Source: the human T2T-CHM13v2.0 reference genome, Homo sapiens. From it: 64,000 bases of DNA. The stretch lies in NCBI GenBank assembly GCA_009914755.4, contig CP086569.2, positions 4,064,001-4,128,000 of the forward strand. Direction: 5' to 3'. Positions 40,700-54,940 of this stretch are shown piece by piece; within the stretch, counting starts at the first letter, position 1, and every line of letters begins with the position of its first letter. The notes below the pieces were generated by a model. The model worked only from the letters and a program-made list of their open reading frames with translations, did not search any database and was not told the DNA's origin. Position numbers and translations under genes: made by a program.

Positions 40700-43600
40700 T
40701 TTTTTTTCATCATGGGCTGCTAAAACCCCTATTTTTTTAACATAAAATTTTAATTGTTTGGGGAACAGGTGGTTTTTGACTACATGGATAAGTAATTTAA
40801 TGGTAATTTCTGAGACTTTGGTACACCTGTCAAAAGAGTGTATACACTGTACCCAAAGTGTAGTCTTTTATCCCTCCCTTCCCCACATTTCCTTGAGTCC
40901 CCAATGTCCATTATATCATTCTTTTGCCTTTGCATCCTCATAGCTTAGCTCCCAATTATAAGTAAGAACAGATAATATTTGGTTTTTGATTCCTGAGTTA
41001 CTTCACTTAGAATAATGGCCTCCAGTTCCATCCAAGTTGATGCAAAATTCATTATTTCATTCCTTTTTATGGCTGAGTAGTATTTCATGGTGTATGTCTA
41101 TCACATTTTCTTTATCCACTCAGTGGTTGATGGGTATTTAGGGTGGTTCCATATTTTTGTAATTAGGAATTGTCCTGCTATAAATATGCGTGTGTAAGTG
41201 TCTTTTTCATATAATGACTTCTTTTCCTCTGGGTGGATACACAGCAGGGGGACTGCAGGATCAAATGGTAGTTCTACTTTTAGTTGTTTAAGGAATCTCC
41301 ATACTGTTTTTTCATAGTAGTTGTGCTAATTTACATTCTCACCAGCAGTGTAAAAGTGTCCCCTTTTCACCACATGCATACCAACATCTATTTTTTTTTA
41401 TTTATGACCACTTTTGCAGGAGTAAAGTGATATTTCATTGTAATTTTAATTTGCATTAACCTGATAATTCATGATGTTGAGAATTTCTAAAATGTTTGTT
41501 GGCCATTTGTATATCTTCTTTTGAAAATTGTTTATTCATACCTTTGCCTATTTTTGATGAGATCATTTTTTTTCTTGCTGATTTGTTTGAGTTCATTGTA
41601 GATTCTGGATATTAGTCCTTTGTTGGATGCATAGTTTGGGAATATTTTCTCACCTAGTCTGTGGGTTGTCTGTTTGTTGATTATTTCTTTTGCTGTGCAG
41701 AAGATTTTAGTTTAATTACATCTCATTTGTTTGTTTTTGTTGCATTTGCTATTGTGTTCTTGGTCATGAATTCTTTGCCTAAGACAATGTCTAGAAGAGT
41801 TTTTCTGATGTTATCTTCCAGAATTTTTATAGCCTCAGGACTTAGATTTAAGTCTTTGATCCATCTTGATTTGATTTTTGTATAAGGTGGAGCTAAGAAT
41901 CCAGTTTCATTCTTCTACATGTGGCTTGCTAATTATCCCAGAACCATTTGTTGAATAAGATGTCCTTTCCCCACTTTAAGTTTTTGTTTGTTTTGTTGAT
42001 GATCAGTTGGTGTAAGTATTTGGCTTTATATCTGGGTTCTCTATTCTGTTCAACCACTCTACATGCCTATTTTTATACGAGGACTATGCTGTTTTGTTAA
42101 CTATATCCTTGTAGTATAGCTTGAATTTGAGTAATATGATGCCTCCAGATTTGCTCTTTTTGCTTAGTCTTTCTAGGCTATGTGGGTTCTTTTTGGTTCT
42201 GTATAAATTTTAGGATTTTTTTCTAATTTTGTGAAGAATGATGATGGTACTTTGATGGTAATTGCATTGAATCTGTAGATTGCTTTTGGCCATATGGTCA
42301 TTTTCACAATATTGATTCTACCCATTCATGAGCATGAGAAGTGTTTTCATTTGTTTGTGTTGTTGGTAATTTCTTTCAGCAGTGTTTTGTAGTTTTCCTT
42401 GTAAAGATCCTTTACCTTCTTTGTTAGGTATATTTCTAGTATTTTGTAAAATTTTTTTGTAGCCCTTGTAAAAGGGATTGAGTTCTTAATTTGTTTCTCA
42501 GCTTGTTTATTTTTGGTGTATTGCAGTGCTATTAATTTGTGTACACTGATTTTGTATCCTGAAACTGTACTGAATTCATTTATCAGATCTAGAAACTTTT
42601 TGGATGAGTCTTTAGGGTTTTCTAGGTATATGATCCTAGCATCAGTGAACGGCAACAGTTTGACTTCCTCTTTCCCAATGTGGATGCCTTTCATTTCACT
42701 CTCTTGTCTAATTGCTCTGGCAAAGACTCCCACTACTATGTTCAATAGAAGTAATCAAACTGGGTATCCTTGTTTTGTTCCAGTTCTCAGGAGGAATGCT
42801 TTCAACTTTTCCGCATTTAGTATAATGTTGGCTGTGGTTGTCATAGATGGCTTTTGTTACCTTGAGGTGTGTCCCTCCTATACCAATTTTGCTGAGGGTT
42901 TTAATCATAAAGGGATATGCTAGATTTTGTCAAATGCTTTTTCTGCATCTGTTGGGATGATTATATACTTATTGTTTTTAATTCTGTGTATGCGATATAT
43001 GACATTTATTGATTTGCATATGTTCAAACATCCCTGCATCCCTGGTATAAAACCCACTTGATCATGGTGAATTATCTTTCTGATATGCTGTTGGATTTGG
43101 TTAGCTAGCATTTTGTTGAAGATTTTTCTATCTATGTTCATTAGGGATATTGATCTGTAGTTTTCATTTTTTGTTATGTCCTTTTCTGGTTTTAAAATTA
43201 CAGTAATACAAGCTTCATAGAATGATTCAGGGAGGAGTCCCTCTTTCTCTAAATTTTGAAATAGTTTCAGTAAGATTGGTATCAATTCTTCTTTGAATGT
43301 CTGATACAATTCAACTGTGAATCAATTTGGTCCTGAGTTTGTCAGCAATTTTTTAAATTACTGTTTCAATCTAGCTACTTGTCATTGGTCTATTCAGAGC
43401 CTCTATTTCTTCCTGATTTAATCTGAGAGGGAGTTATATATTTCCAACAATTTATCTGTGTCCTTTAAATTTTCTACTTTGTGTGTAAAGGTGTTCATAG
43501 TACGCTTGAATGAACTTTTGTATTTCTCTGGTATCAGTTGTAACATCTAATTGAGCTTATTTGATTCTTCTCTCTTCTTTTCTTGGTTAATCTCACTGAT

Positions 43601-46600
43601 GGTTTATTAATTTTATTTATCTTTTCAAATAACCAGCTTTATTTAGCTTTTCTATCTTTTTATTGTTGTTTCAATTTTATCTAGTTCTACTCTGTTCTTT
43701 GTTAGTTCCTTCGTTCTGCTGGGTTTGGGTTTGGTATGTTCTTGCTTCTCTAGTTCCTTAAGGTGTGACCTTAGATTGTTGCTATTTTTGCTCTTTCAGA
43801 CTCTTGGATGTAGGCATTTAATGCTATAAACCTTTAGCACCACTTTTGCTGTATTCCAGAGGTTTTAATAAGTTTTATCACTATTAGATTCAGTTCAAAA
43901 AAAATTTTAATATTTATCTTGATTTCATTTTTGACCCAAAGATCCTTCAAAAGCAGATTATTTAATTTTCATATATTTTCATAATTTTGAGGGTTTGCTT
44001 TAGAGTTAATTTCCAGTTTTATTCCACAGTGGTCTAAGTGGATACTTGATATAATTTTCATTTTTTTATTTTATTGAGATTTCTTTTGTGACTTGTCATA
44101 TGGTCTGTCTTGGAGAATGTTCACATGGTAAAGAAAAGAATGTACATTTTGTCATTTCTGGGTAGAATATTCTGTAAATATCTGTTAAGTTATTTAGTTC
44201 TAGTGTATAATTTAAGTCAATTTTTTATTGTTGGCTCTTTTTTTGATGACCTGCCTAGTGCTGTCAGTGGCGTATTGGAGTGCCCTGCTGTTATTGTGTC
44301 ACCATCTATCTCATTTCTTAAGTCTGGTATTAATTGTTTTGTAAGTTTGGAAGCTCCAGTGTTAGGTGCATATATATTTAGGATTGTGACACTGTCTTGC
44401 TTGACTATTCTTTTTATTGTTATATAATGTCCCTCTTTGTCTTTTTTACTGTTGCTGCTTTAAAGTCTATTTTGTCTGATATAAAAATAGCTGTTTATGC
44501 TTGCTTTTGGTTTCCATGTGCATGAATTTTTTTTATCCCTTTACCTGAAATTTATGTGAGTTCTTATGTGTTAAGTGAGTCTCTTGAAAACAGCAGATAC
44601 TTGATTGGTGAATTTATATCCATTCTGCCACTCTGTATCTTGTAAATTAATCATTTAAGGCATCTACATTCAACATTAATATAGAGATGTGAGGTATTGT
44701 TCTATTCTTCATGTTATTTGTTGCCTAATATCTTGTTTTTTTTTTCTCATTATGTTATTGTTTCATAGGCCCTGTGAGATTTATGCTTTAAGGAGGATCT
44801 ATTTTGGTGTATTTTGAGAGTTTGTTTCAAGATTTAGAACTCCTTTTAGCATTTCTTGTAGTGCTGGCTTAGTAGTGGTGAATTATCTTAGCATTTATTT
44901 GTCTGAAAAAGAATTTATTTCTCCTTCATTTATGAAGCTTAGTGTTGCTGGAACAAATTTCTTGTCTAATAATTATTTTGTTTCAGGAGGCTAAAAATAG
45001 AACCCCAATTCCTTTTGGCTTGTAAGCTTTCTTCTGAGAAATCTGCTGTTAATCTGATAGGTTTTCCTTTATATGTTATTTGATGCTTTTGTCTCTCAGC
45101 CCTTAAAATTCTTCCCTTCATCTTGACTTTAGATAACCTGATTAATATGTCTAGGTGGTTATTTTTTTTTATAACTTTCTCATGTGTTCTTTGAGCTTCT
45201 TGTATTTGGATGTCTAGATCTCTAGCAAGATCAAGGAAGTTTTCCTCAATTATTCACTCAAATAAGTTTTCCAACCTTTAGATTTCTCCTCTTCCTCAGG
45301 AACTTCAATTATTTTTGTTTGGCCCCTTAACATAATCACAGATTACTTGGAGGCTTTATCATTTTTTCTTCTATTATGTTTTACTTGTTTTTATCTGACT
45401 GTGTTAATTTAAAAGCTTTGTCTTTGAGCTCTGAAATTGTTTCTTCTCCTTGTTCTAGTCCATTGTTGAAACTTTCCACTGCATTTTGTATCCCCCTAAG
45501 TGTGTCTTTCATTTCCAGAAGTTGTCATTGCTTTTTTTTACATGATGACATAATTTTAATCTATATGCTGTATTTTTTCAACTTCTTTAAGTTGTGTTTT
45601 ACCTTTCTCTGTTATCTCCTTGAGTAGCTTAATAATCAACCTTCTGAATTCTTTATCTAGCAATTCAGAAGTTTCTTTTTTGTTTGAATGGATTGCTGGA
45701 AACCTGGTGTGATGTTTTGGAGGTGTTATAGAACCCTGTTTTGTCATACTACCAGAATTACTTTTCTGATTCATTCTCATTTGGGTATATTATATCAGTG
45801 GAGAGATCTGAAACTCAAAGCCTGCTCTTTAGATTCTCTTGTCCCACAGGGTGATCCCTTGATGTGGTGCTGTCCTCCTTCCTCTTGGGATGAGGCTTCC
45901 TGAGAGTTGGACTGCAGTGATTGTTTTTGTTCTTCTGGGTCTAGCCACTCAGCAGGACTACCAGACTTGGCTGGTGCTGCTGGATATCTACAAAGAGTCC
46001 TGTGATGTGATCCGTCTTCAAGTCTCCCAGCTGTGGATACCAGCACCTGCTCTGGTAGAGGTGACAGGGAAGTGAAGTAGACTCTATGAGAATCCTTGGT
46101 TGTAGACATGTTTAGTGTGCTTGCTTTCTTGAATGCTTGTTATGTTAGCAGTGAAGTTGTCACATGGACATACTAAAGACCTCTAGTTAGCCAGGATGCT
46201 ATGAGCAGTGAAATTAGGTGTTCTGTTCTCCTGCCTGGAATCAGGGTTGTTCTGTCATGAGTTGCTGTAATGGCCTGAGTTGGTTGACCTCCAACTAGGA
46301 GGTGGCACTTTCAAGATAGCACCAGCTGTGGTAGTAGTAGGGGGCCCTAAGCTTGCCCTAAGATGGCCAGAGTAAGTGTTTTGGTTTGTCAAGTAATAGG
46401 CAGGGCCATAAAGCTCCCCAAATGTCTATGTTTTCTGTTTGTCTACCATGTCAGGAAGGGAAATACCATCAGGTAGTGACAGGGCTAGACAGATCTGGGG
46501 TCAGACTCTCCTTGGGTGAGTTTGCCATGACCACTGTGGGAGATGGTTGGGGGTGGTCCTCAGGCCAATCATGTTGTGTTCCAGAGGGCATCTTGGCCAC

Positions 46601-46900
46601 CTCTTCCGTGTCATATAGTTCACCAGTGAATGGGGAATAGCCAGTAGCAAGAGGCCTTACCCAGCTCCGCCATAGTTTGTGAGGCCAATATCGCTCCTGC
46701 AGTGTCCTACACACATCTTGCCCCAGCCTGTGAGCTACCCCACTGAGAAAGCAAGCATGGCTTTCAGACCTTACCCTACCCTGTCTGCCCACTCCATCGG
46801 TGTCAGTTTCTGAGTTCCTAAGCTCGTTCACAGCCGCAGCAGCCCCTGCTTCTCCCCAAGGCTCCACTCAAGAAAATTTGTGTCCATCAAAACCACTACC
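40700..46900 (-). mobile_element. Near full-length older L1 (L1PB/L1MA-like), minus strand: 3'UTR (40700-41000), ORF2, ORF1 (start near 45780), and a 5'UTR of at least 1.1 kb. The 5' boundary is uncertain.
   Basis: The + strand reads the reverse complement of an L1 3' end at 40700-41200 (ttttaacataaaattttaattgtttggggaacaggtggtttttgactacatgg..cccaattataagtaagaacagataatatttggtttttgattcctgagttac). Minus ORFs: 42347-42745 (..[52 protein letters not shown]..), 42920-43309 ([84 protein letters not shown]..), 45556-45780 (ORF1 N-terminus MRMNQKSNSGSMTKQGSITPPKHH). Confidence 0.85.
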
Positions 46901-47687
46901 AATTTCAGTTGGAAGCTCCCTTTGCCTGTGACCCCAGGATGGTGTTCGATGCATTGTAAGATAATTAGCTGCATCTCTAACCTCTACACATTAAAAGTCA
47001 GTAAACCCTGCTCACTCCCCATTCCTTGTTATTTTATCCTAGCTTGGTGCAACAATCAAAATGTTTCCAGATTTTACCAAGTGTTTCCTGAAGCACCAAA
47101 ATAACCCTCGATTATTTCTTTTTACTATTTTTCCACAAGTTAACATTCTGTGAAAACTTTAAGGCTCTTGGAAAATAAATAATGTGCAGAAACTCTTCTC
47201 TGTGTAGTAATTCACTGTCTCTGAAAGTCTTTTATTCCATTTGCGTAGCAACCTGTCTTAATTGGTATGTTCTCTTCTCTACTCTTTTCCTGCTTTCTTC
47301 AATGATCTGATTTGAAATTCTTAAGCAGAAAATAAGTTTTCAATTTGAATGAATTTTTGCAAGTTATAAATACCTAAAATTAAGAGTTTATAATGGAAAT
47401 ACCAACACAACCTCAAATTTAGCAGTGTGAGGATCACCAATATAAAAAATCCATCACTTGTCTTCTATATCTGTCACAGTTCTATAAATCAAATTATTGA
47501 AAGGTAAATTATGTTTTAAAAGATTTTTTCATAAATCAGCTATGCATGTAGACACTGTTGATTATATTTTGGCAGTAAATCCTGTTGTTCATGGACATAT
47601 TCTTGTGCTAGTTATATAAAAATTACCTAAAATTATATGTCAGGAGCATTTCAAAATATATCTTCTGAACATAATTCTTACAATATC

Positions 47688-47995
<308 letters not shown>

Positions 47996-48402
47996 TATTA
48001 CAATATCGTTTTGTCTTAGAGCACTTGGAAGAGAAAAACAAATGTGTAAGATAGAAAGTTCCTCAATTGTTTCATTATTATATTCAGTACAAAGACCTTC
48101 TCACTTTAACCATAAAGATGTTATGTATGGAATATCTGACTAAATATATTTTATAGCCAGTCAACAAACAAACAAAAAAAAACACTCAGCAAACCAAACA
48201 TAAAAGGAATGCATGACTTCTCTACTGACCAACTCAAAAATGTAAAGTAATTATATACTTGTAATGAACACATTTATATTTTCAGAGTACGTTATAAGTG
48301 AAAAAATTTACAAAGTGTTAAAATATCAGCAGGAAATTATTGACCTTGACTATTTTATTTATTAATTGAAAACAATCTAGTTTATGTCATTAAAAACAAT
48401 TC

Positions 48403-48700
48403 AGACTGGGCACAGTAACTCACACCTGCAATCTCACCACTTTGGGAGGCTGAGGCGAGAAGATTACTTGAGGCCAGAAGTTTGAGACCAGTCTGAGCAA
48501 CAGAGTAATACCCCATCGCTACAATAAAAAAATTAAAAAATAGCTGGACATGTTGGCATTTTCCTGTAGTCCTAGCAACTTGAGAAGCTGAGGTGGGGGG
48601 ATTACTTGAATCCAGAAGGTCAAGGCTGCAGTAGGCTATGATTATGACACTGCACTCCAGCCTGGGTGACAGAGTATGACCCTGTCTTTTAAGAGAAAAA
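48403..48700 (+). mobile_element. Alu (old, AluJ-like)
   Basis: gactgggcacagtaactcacacctgcaatctcaccactttgggaggctgaggcgagaagattacttgaggccagaagtttgagaccagtctgagcaacagagtaatacc...ctgcactccagcctgggtgacagagtatgaccctgtctttt. Confidence 0.85.
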
Positions 48701-48734
48701 AGAAACAACAGGAACAATTCAAATTTTATATGTA

Positions 48735-49105
48735 TGAGTCCATTCTCATGCTGCTCTAAAAAAAAAAAATACCCAAGACTGAGTAATTTATAAAGAAAAG
48801 AGGTTTAATTGACTCACACTTACACATTGCTTGGGATGTCTCAGGAAATTTACCATCATGGTGGAAGGCAATGGAGAAACAGGCACCTTCTTCACAGGGC
48901 AGCAGGATAGAGTAAGTGCAAGTAGGGGAAATGCCAGATGCTTATAAAAACATCAGATCTCATGAGAACTAATTCACTGTCACCAGAACAGCATGGAGGA
49001 TCCTGCCCCCATGATCCAATCACTGTCCCTCTCATGACATCTGGGGATTATGGAGGTTATAATTCAAGATGAGATTTGGGTGGGAACACAGCCAAACCAT
49101 ATTAG
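48735..49105 (-). mobile_element. MaLR LTR (THE1/MST-like), minus strand
   Basis: The reverse complement matches the THE1-type consensus: ..tcatgctgctctaaaaaaaaaaaatacccaagactgagtaatttataaagaaaagaggtttaattgactcacacttacacattgcttgggatgtctcaggaaatttaccatcatggtggaaggcaatggagaaacagg...catgatccaatcactgtccctctcatgacatctggggattatggaggttataattcaagatgagatttgggtgggaacacagccaaaccatatta. Confidence 0.8.
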
Positions 49106-50594
49106 TATGTAATTATACAGCCTAAAAGTGGGAAATCCTTTATCACTCACCCTATCACCTTCTACTTTTTTAATGAAGCCTCACAATTGGTGTTATTCAA
49201 TAGAATTTACATGAATTTACACACCCATGTACAAAAGAACACATGCATTCTCATATGAGTATCCCAGTGTGTACTTATTTTTATATAAACATTTAATTTT
49301 GTTTATGTTTTATGTAATTTGATTCTTATGTTTATGACAACTGGCTTTTATTTTTCTTTACACTAATCCTTGGAAACTTTCCCATATCAATACATGCAGT
49401 TCTACTTTATTCTTTCAAATTTGTTTACAAAACATAGAATATTTTTATTTGTATAAATTTGTTGGGATGCAAGAGTAATATCATTACATAGATGTATTGT
49501 ATACTAGAGAAGGCAGGGCTTTTAATTTATCCATTGCAGAAATAAAGTATCCATTAAGTAATTTCTCACTATTCAACACCCTCCTTCTTCTCACACTCTT
49601 TGGAGTCTCCATTGTTTATTATTCTAAACTTTGTGACCATATGTGCTCATTATTTAGCTCCCATGTGTAACTGAGAACATTTGACATTTTTCTTTCTGTG
49701 TCTACTTTTCATAAGACAATGACCTCTTCTTCCATCCATGTTGCTGCAAAAGAAATGATCTCATTATTTTATGGCTGAATAGTATTCCACTGTGTATATA
49801 TACCACATTTTCTGTATTCAATCATCCATTGATGGATACATAAGTCAATTCCATATATTTGCTATTGTAAAGGATCTGTAATAAACACACAAGTGTATGT
49901 AATATTTTCATATAATTATTTCTTTTTTGGGGGATATATACCCAGTAGTGAGATTATAGGATTCAATGGTGTTTCCATTTTTAATTCCTTGAGAAATCTC
50001 CATACTGTTTTTCATAGAGGTTGTAGTAATTTATATTTGCTTCAACAGTATACGAGCACTCAACTTTCTCCACATCCTCACCAGCATTTGTTATTTTTTG
50101 TCTTTTTTATTATTGCCCTTCTGACTGGTGTAAGATAATACCTCATTTTAATTTTAAATTTTACTTTTTGATGATTAGTGACAATAAGCATTTTTATATA
50201 TTTGTTGGCTATATGCATGTCTTCTTTTGAAAAATGTCTATTTTTCTTTTGCTCACCTCTTTATAGGGTTATTTGATTTTGTTGTTTTTTTTTTGTTTTT
50301 TGAGTTCTTCATAAATTCTGGATATTAATTCCTCCCTGTATTAATAGTTTTCAAATATTTTCTCCCATACTGCAGGTTGTCTGTTCAATCTTTTATTTCT
50401 TTTGTTTTACAGAAGCTCTTTAAGTCCATTTGTCTATTTTTTGTTTCTGTTTCTTGTGCTTTGGAAGTCTTAGTTGTGAATTTTTTTCCTACATCAATGT
50501 CTAGAAAAGTTTTCTTTAGGTTGTCTTCTAGTATTTTTTATAGCTTTAGGCGTTACATTTAAATCTTTAATCCATCTCATATAGTTGGGATATT

Positions 50595-51000
50595 TGTCTC
50601 CAGCCAAATTGCATGTTGAATTGTAATCTCTGATGTTGGAGTTGGGCCCTGGTGGGAGATGTTTGATTCATGGCAGCAGATCTCTTATAAATGGCTTGGG
50701 CCACTCCCTTAGTAATAAATAACATCTAGTTCTGAGTTTGAATGAGATCTGGTGCTTTAAAAGTGTGTGGCACCTCCCCATCCACTCTTCCTCTCTTGCT
50801 CCTGCTTTTGCCATGTGGCACACAAGCTCCCACTTCAACTTCTGCCATGAATAAAAGCTCCCTGAAGCCTCCGCAGAAGCTGAGCAATATTGGTGCAGTC
50901 TCATGTATATCCTTCAAAATTATGAGCCAATTAAACAATTGTTTCTTTATAAATTATGCTGTCTAATGTATTTCTTTATAACAATGCAGAAATGCCCAAT
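50595..51000 (+). mobile_element. MaLR LTR nested in the L1M
   Basis: tgggatatttgtctccagccaaattgcatgttgaattgtaatctctgatgttggagttgggccctggtgggagatgtttgattcatgg...ccatgtggcacacaagctcccacttcaacttctgccatgaataaaagctccctgaagcctcc...gagccaattaaacaattgtttctttataaattatgctgtctaatgtatttctttataacaatgcagaaatgcccaataat. The L1 antisense sequence resumes immediately after. Confidence 0.75.
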
Positions 51001-52434
51001 AATTCAGTTAAATTTTGTATATGGTGAATGAAAGGGGTCCAGTATCATTCTGCATATGAAAATCCAATTTTCCCAGCACCATTTTTGAAAAGGATGTCTT
51101 TCCCACAATGCATTCTTTTGTTGACTTTGTCAATGATCAGTTTGTTTTAAGTGTGTGGACCCTTTTCTGGCTTCCATATTCTATACCAATGATTTATGTG
51201 TCCATCTTATACCAATACGATGCTGTTTTGATTTTACAGCCATGTAGTATAATTTGAACAATGTAACGTGATTCTTCTGTTTTTGTTCTTTATTCTCAGA
51301 ATTTATTTTCCTATTTGGGCTCTTTTTTTGGTTCCATATGATTTTAGGATTGTTTTCTCTAGTTCTTTGAAATATCACATTGATATTTTGATAGGGTTTG
51401 TATTGCATCTGTAGATTGCTTTGGGCAGTATAGTCATTTTAACAATATTGATCTTTCTGATTAATGACTATGTGGTGTTTTTCCATTTGTTTGTGTCATC
51501 CACAATTTATTTCATCAGTGTCTTGTATATTTTCTTGTAGAGGTCTTTTACTGCCTTGGTTAAATATATTTCTAGATTTTTTTTGTAGCTATTATAAATG
51601 GGGTTGTCTTCTTGATTTGGTACTTAGCTGAATTATTATTGGTGTATATAAATGCTACCAATGGTTATATGTTGATTTTGTATCCTGAAACTTGATTGAT
51701 TTATCAATTCTCAGAGTTTTTTGTTGGAGTCTTTAGGGTTTTATAGATATGAGGTTATGACATCAGTGAACAGGGGCAATTTTATTTTCTCTGTTCCACC
51801 TAGAATTTCCAGTACTATGCTGAATAGGAATGGTGAAAGTGGGCATCCTTGTTTTGTCCCAGTTCATAGAGGGAATGGTTTCAACTTCCCCTTATTCAGT
51901 GTGATGTTGGCTATGGGTTTGCCATATAATGCCTTCATTTGTTTTAATATATGATTTTGTTCATGTGGATCTTCTTTCTTATTTTCCTGATTAGCTAGAG
52001 GTTTACCAATTTTTAAAACTTTTTGAAGAACCAACTTTATATTTCATTGATTCCTTATATTCCTCTTTGTATTTTTTGTCTCAATTCAATTTAAATCTGC
52101 CCTGATCTTTGTCATTTCTTTTCTTTTTCTAACTTTGAGTTTGGTATTTTCTTGTTTTCCAAGTTTGTTGAGATGCAATATTAGGTTGTAAACTTGTGAT
52201 CTTTCTACTGTTTGACGTAGGCATTTAATTCTATAAACTTTCCCCTTAATACTACTTTTGATGTATTCCAGAGATTTGGGTATGTGTGTTTCCATTTTCA
52301 TGTGTTTAAAAAAGTTTAATTTACAGCTTAATTTTTTATTTACTCAAGGATGACTCAGGAGCATGTTGGTTAATTTCTATGCATTTGTATAGTTTCCAAA
52401 GATTCTCTCAGTATTGATTTATATGTAGGGAGAT

Positions 52435-53300
52435 GCCCTGAAACTATTGCTACAGAATAAAAGATGAAATGCTCCTGATTACTGTAAATACAAAATTGCA
52501 CACAGGATTGTGTAAAGACAACGCCAAGTTGGACTGCCAGAATGAGCCAACAGCACGTGATGTGCTTCCCTCTGCAGAGAGCCTATGAATGAATGTGCAG
52601 TCAGGGAGGTTTCACATCACCAAGATTCCTATCCCAGAAAAGCAGATGTTCATAGCTCTGGGAATGGAATGCAAACCTTGTGGAGAGACTATAAACAGAC
52701 GCATGGGGGGCGCCTGTCCATATGGATAAGATAGGGCTATAAATGCCCTCATCTTGCCACAGCTCTTCTAGGCCTCTTTAGGGTTAAGGCATACTCCCTT
52801 CTGAGAATTTCTGGTCTAACCGGTTGTCTAGCTTCATGTCCTATTTCTACGGATTGTTTGTAACCAGCTTTTGCTGCAACTGTTACTGCTGATTAATATC
52901 TTGTTAATCATAGGTTATGGAAAGATTGTGTTTCTGTTTTAAGGCTCTGTTAGAAATTACTGACGCACACACTATATTGTAATTCTTATCTCTGTATACT
53001 GTACTTCTGCATACAAATGTTATGTTAAAGAATTTCTTCATCCCCATGTAACCAGCTCACCTCATAATCAAATAACCCTAAATCCCTCACTAACCTACCC
53101 CTGCCCTCACTAAACTTAATAATAAATGCTGGTATATCCAGTGCATTGTTGGCACCACGGGACCAGAAGGTGGTGACCCCCCTGGACCCAGCTTTCACTA
53201 TCTTGTGTGTGTCTATTATTTCTCAACCTGCCGATCCGCCTGGGAACAAAGAGAGAGCCCCGTTGCATTGTGGGCTGCTGGCCAGATCCCACAATATTTA
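52435..53300 (+). mobile_element. Candidate solo LTR of an unidentified ERV family (~865 bp) nested in the L1M
   Basis: The L1 antisense homology stops at about 52435 and resumes at about 53300. The insert begins tgtagggagatgcc, has a TATA box (ctataaatgccctc, about 52735) and AATAAA (cttaataataaatgctgg, about 53120), and ends ..gatcccacaatattt. A possible TSD atttata flanks it (gatttata|tgtaggg ... cccacaat|atttatagttgg). Confidence 0.4.
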
Positions 53301-53367
53301 TAGTTGGATTTTGTTGTGGTCTAAAAAGATACTTTATATGATTTAAATTTTTAAGAACTTTTTGAGG

Positions 53368-53660
<293 letters not shown>

Positions 53661-54940
53661 ACTTTTTGAGACTTGTTTGGTGCCCTAATATATGGTCAAT
53701 CTTGGAGAATGTTTCAAGTGCTGATAAGAAGAGTGTGTAGTCTGTAGTTGTTGAGTAGAATATGCTGTACAGTTTGTTAGGTCTATTTGGTCTAAAGTTC
53801 AGTTTAAACCCAATAATTCTTAGAAGATTTTATCTCCTGGTGATTTCTCTGTGTTGTGATGGGAGTTCTAAATTCTCTCAATATTATTGTATTGCTGTCT
53901 ATATCTCTATACAGGTCTAGTAATATTTGTTTTATAAATTTGGGTGCTGTGGTGTCGGGTGCACATATCTAGAATTGTTATATCCTCTTGCTGAATTGAT
54001 CCTTTTATTATTATATAATGTTATTCTCTGTCTTCTTTCTCAGCTTCTGATTTAAAGTCTCTTTTGTCTGATATAAATCTGGATATTCTTGCTCATTTTT
54101 GGTTTCTCTTTACATGAAATATTTTGTTTTTTAATCCCTTTACCATCAGTCTATATGTGTTTTCACAGGTCAGATGAGTTTTTTGTAAGCAATATATGAT
54201 TGGAATATGTTCTGTTTAGCCATTCTGTCCATTTATATATTTTAAGTGAAGCATTTAATCTGTTTAAATTAAAGGCTAGTATTATTATATGTGAGTTTTT
54301 GTTTCTGTATTATTATGAATTGTTATCTAGTCATTTTATAAATTATTTGCTTCTTTCTTTTTCTGTTTGTCTTCGTGATTTCATAAAATTCTGTTGAATT
54401 GCCATCTGATTCCTTTCTCTTTTTTGTGTGTGATTGGTTTATAAAACCTATGAGTTTTATACTTTTTTGTGTTATGATAAAACATATCCTTTTTTCATGT
54501 TTAGGACTTCTTGGATTTTTTTCTGTAGGGACAGTCTAATGCTGATGAATATTTTTAACCTTTGACTTTCTAAGTAAGACTTTCTTTTTCCTCCATTTAT
54601 AAAACTTAGTCTAACTGAATATAAAATTCTGGCTGGCAGCTTTTTAAAATTTCAGTACTTTGAAAATCCTATCCTATTCTCTTCTGGCTTGTAGGGTTTT
54701 ACTGAGAAGTCTGCTGTTTGTCTAATGGGATTTTCTTTATAGGGGACTAGAAATTTTTCTCTTACTGATTGATATGGGTTGGGTCTGTCTCCCTGCCCAA
54801 ATCTCATGTTGAAATGTAATCCCCAATATTAGAGGTGGGGCCTGATGGAAAGTGATTGGATTGTGGAGTCAGTTTCTCCTGAATGGCTTAGCACCATTCC
54901 TGTGTGCTGCTCTCACAATAGTGAGTGAGTGAGTTATTGC

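Noticed and set aside
46469-46867. 132-aa minus-strand ORF (MEPWGEAGAAAAVNELRNSETD...)
   Set aside because: It lies in the GC-richer 5'UTR of the 40700-46900 L1 on its sense strand, with no L1 ORF0/ORF1 similarity recognisable. It is a probable chance ORF in a UTR.
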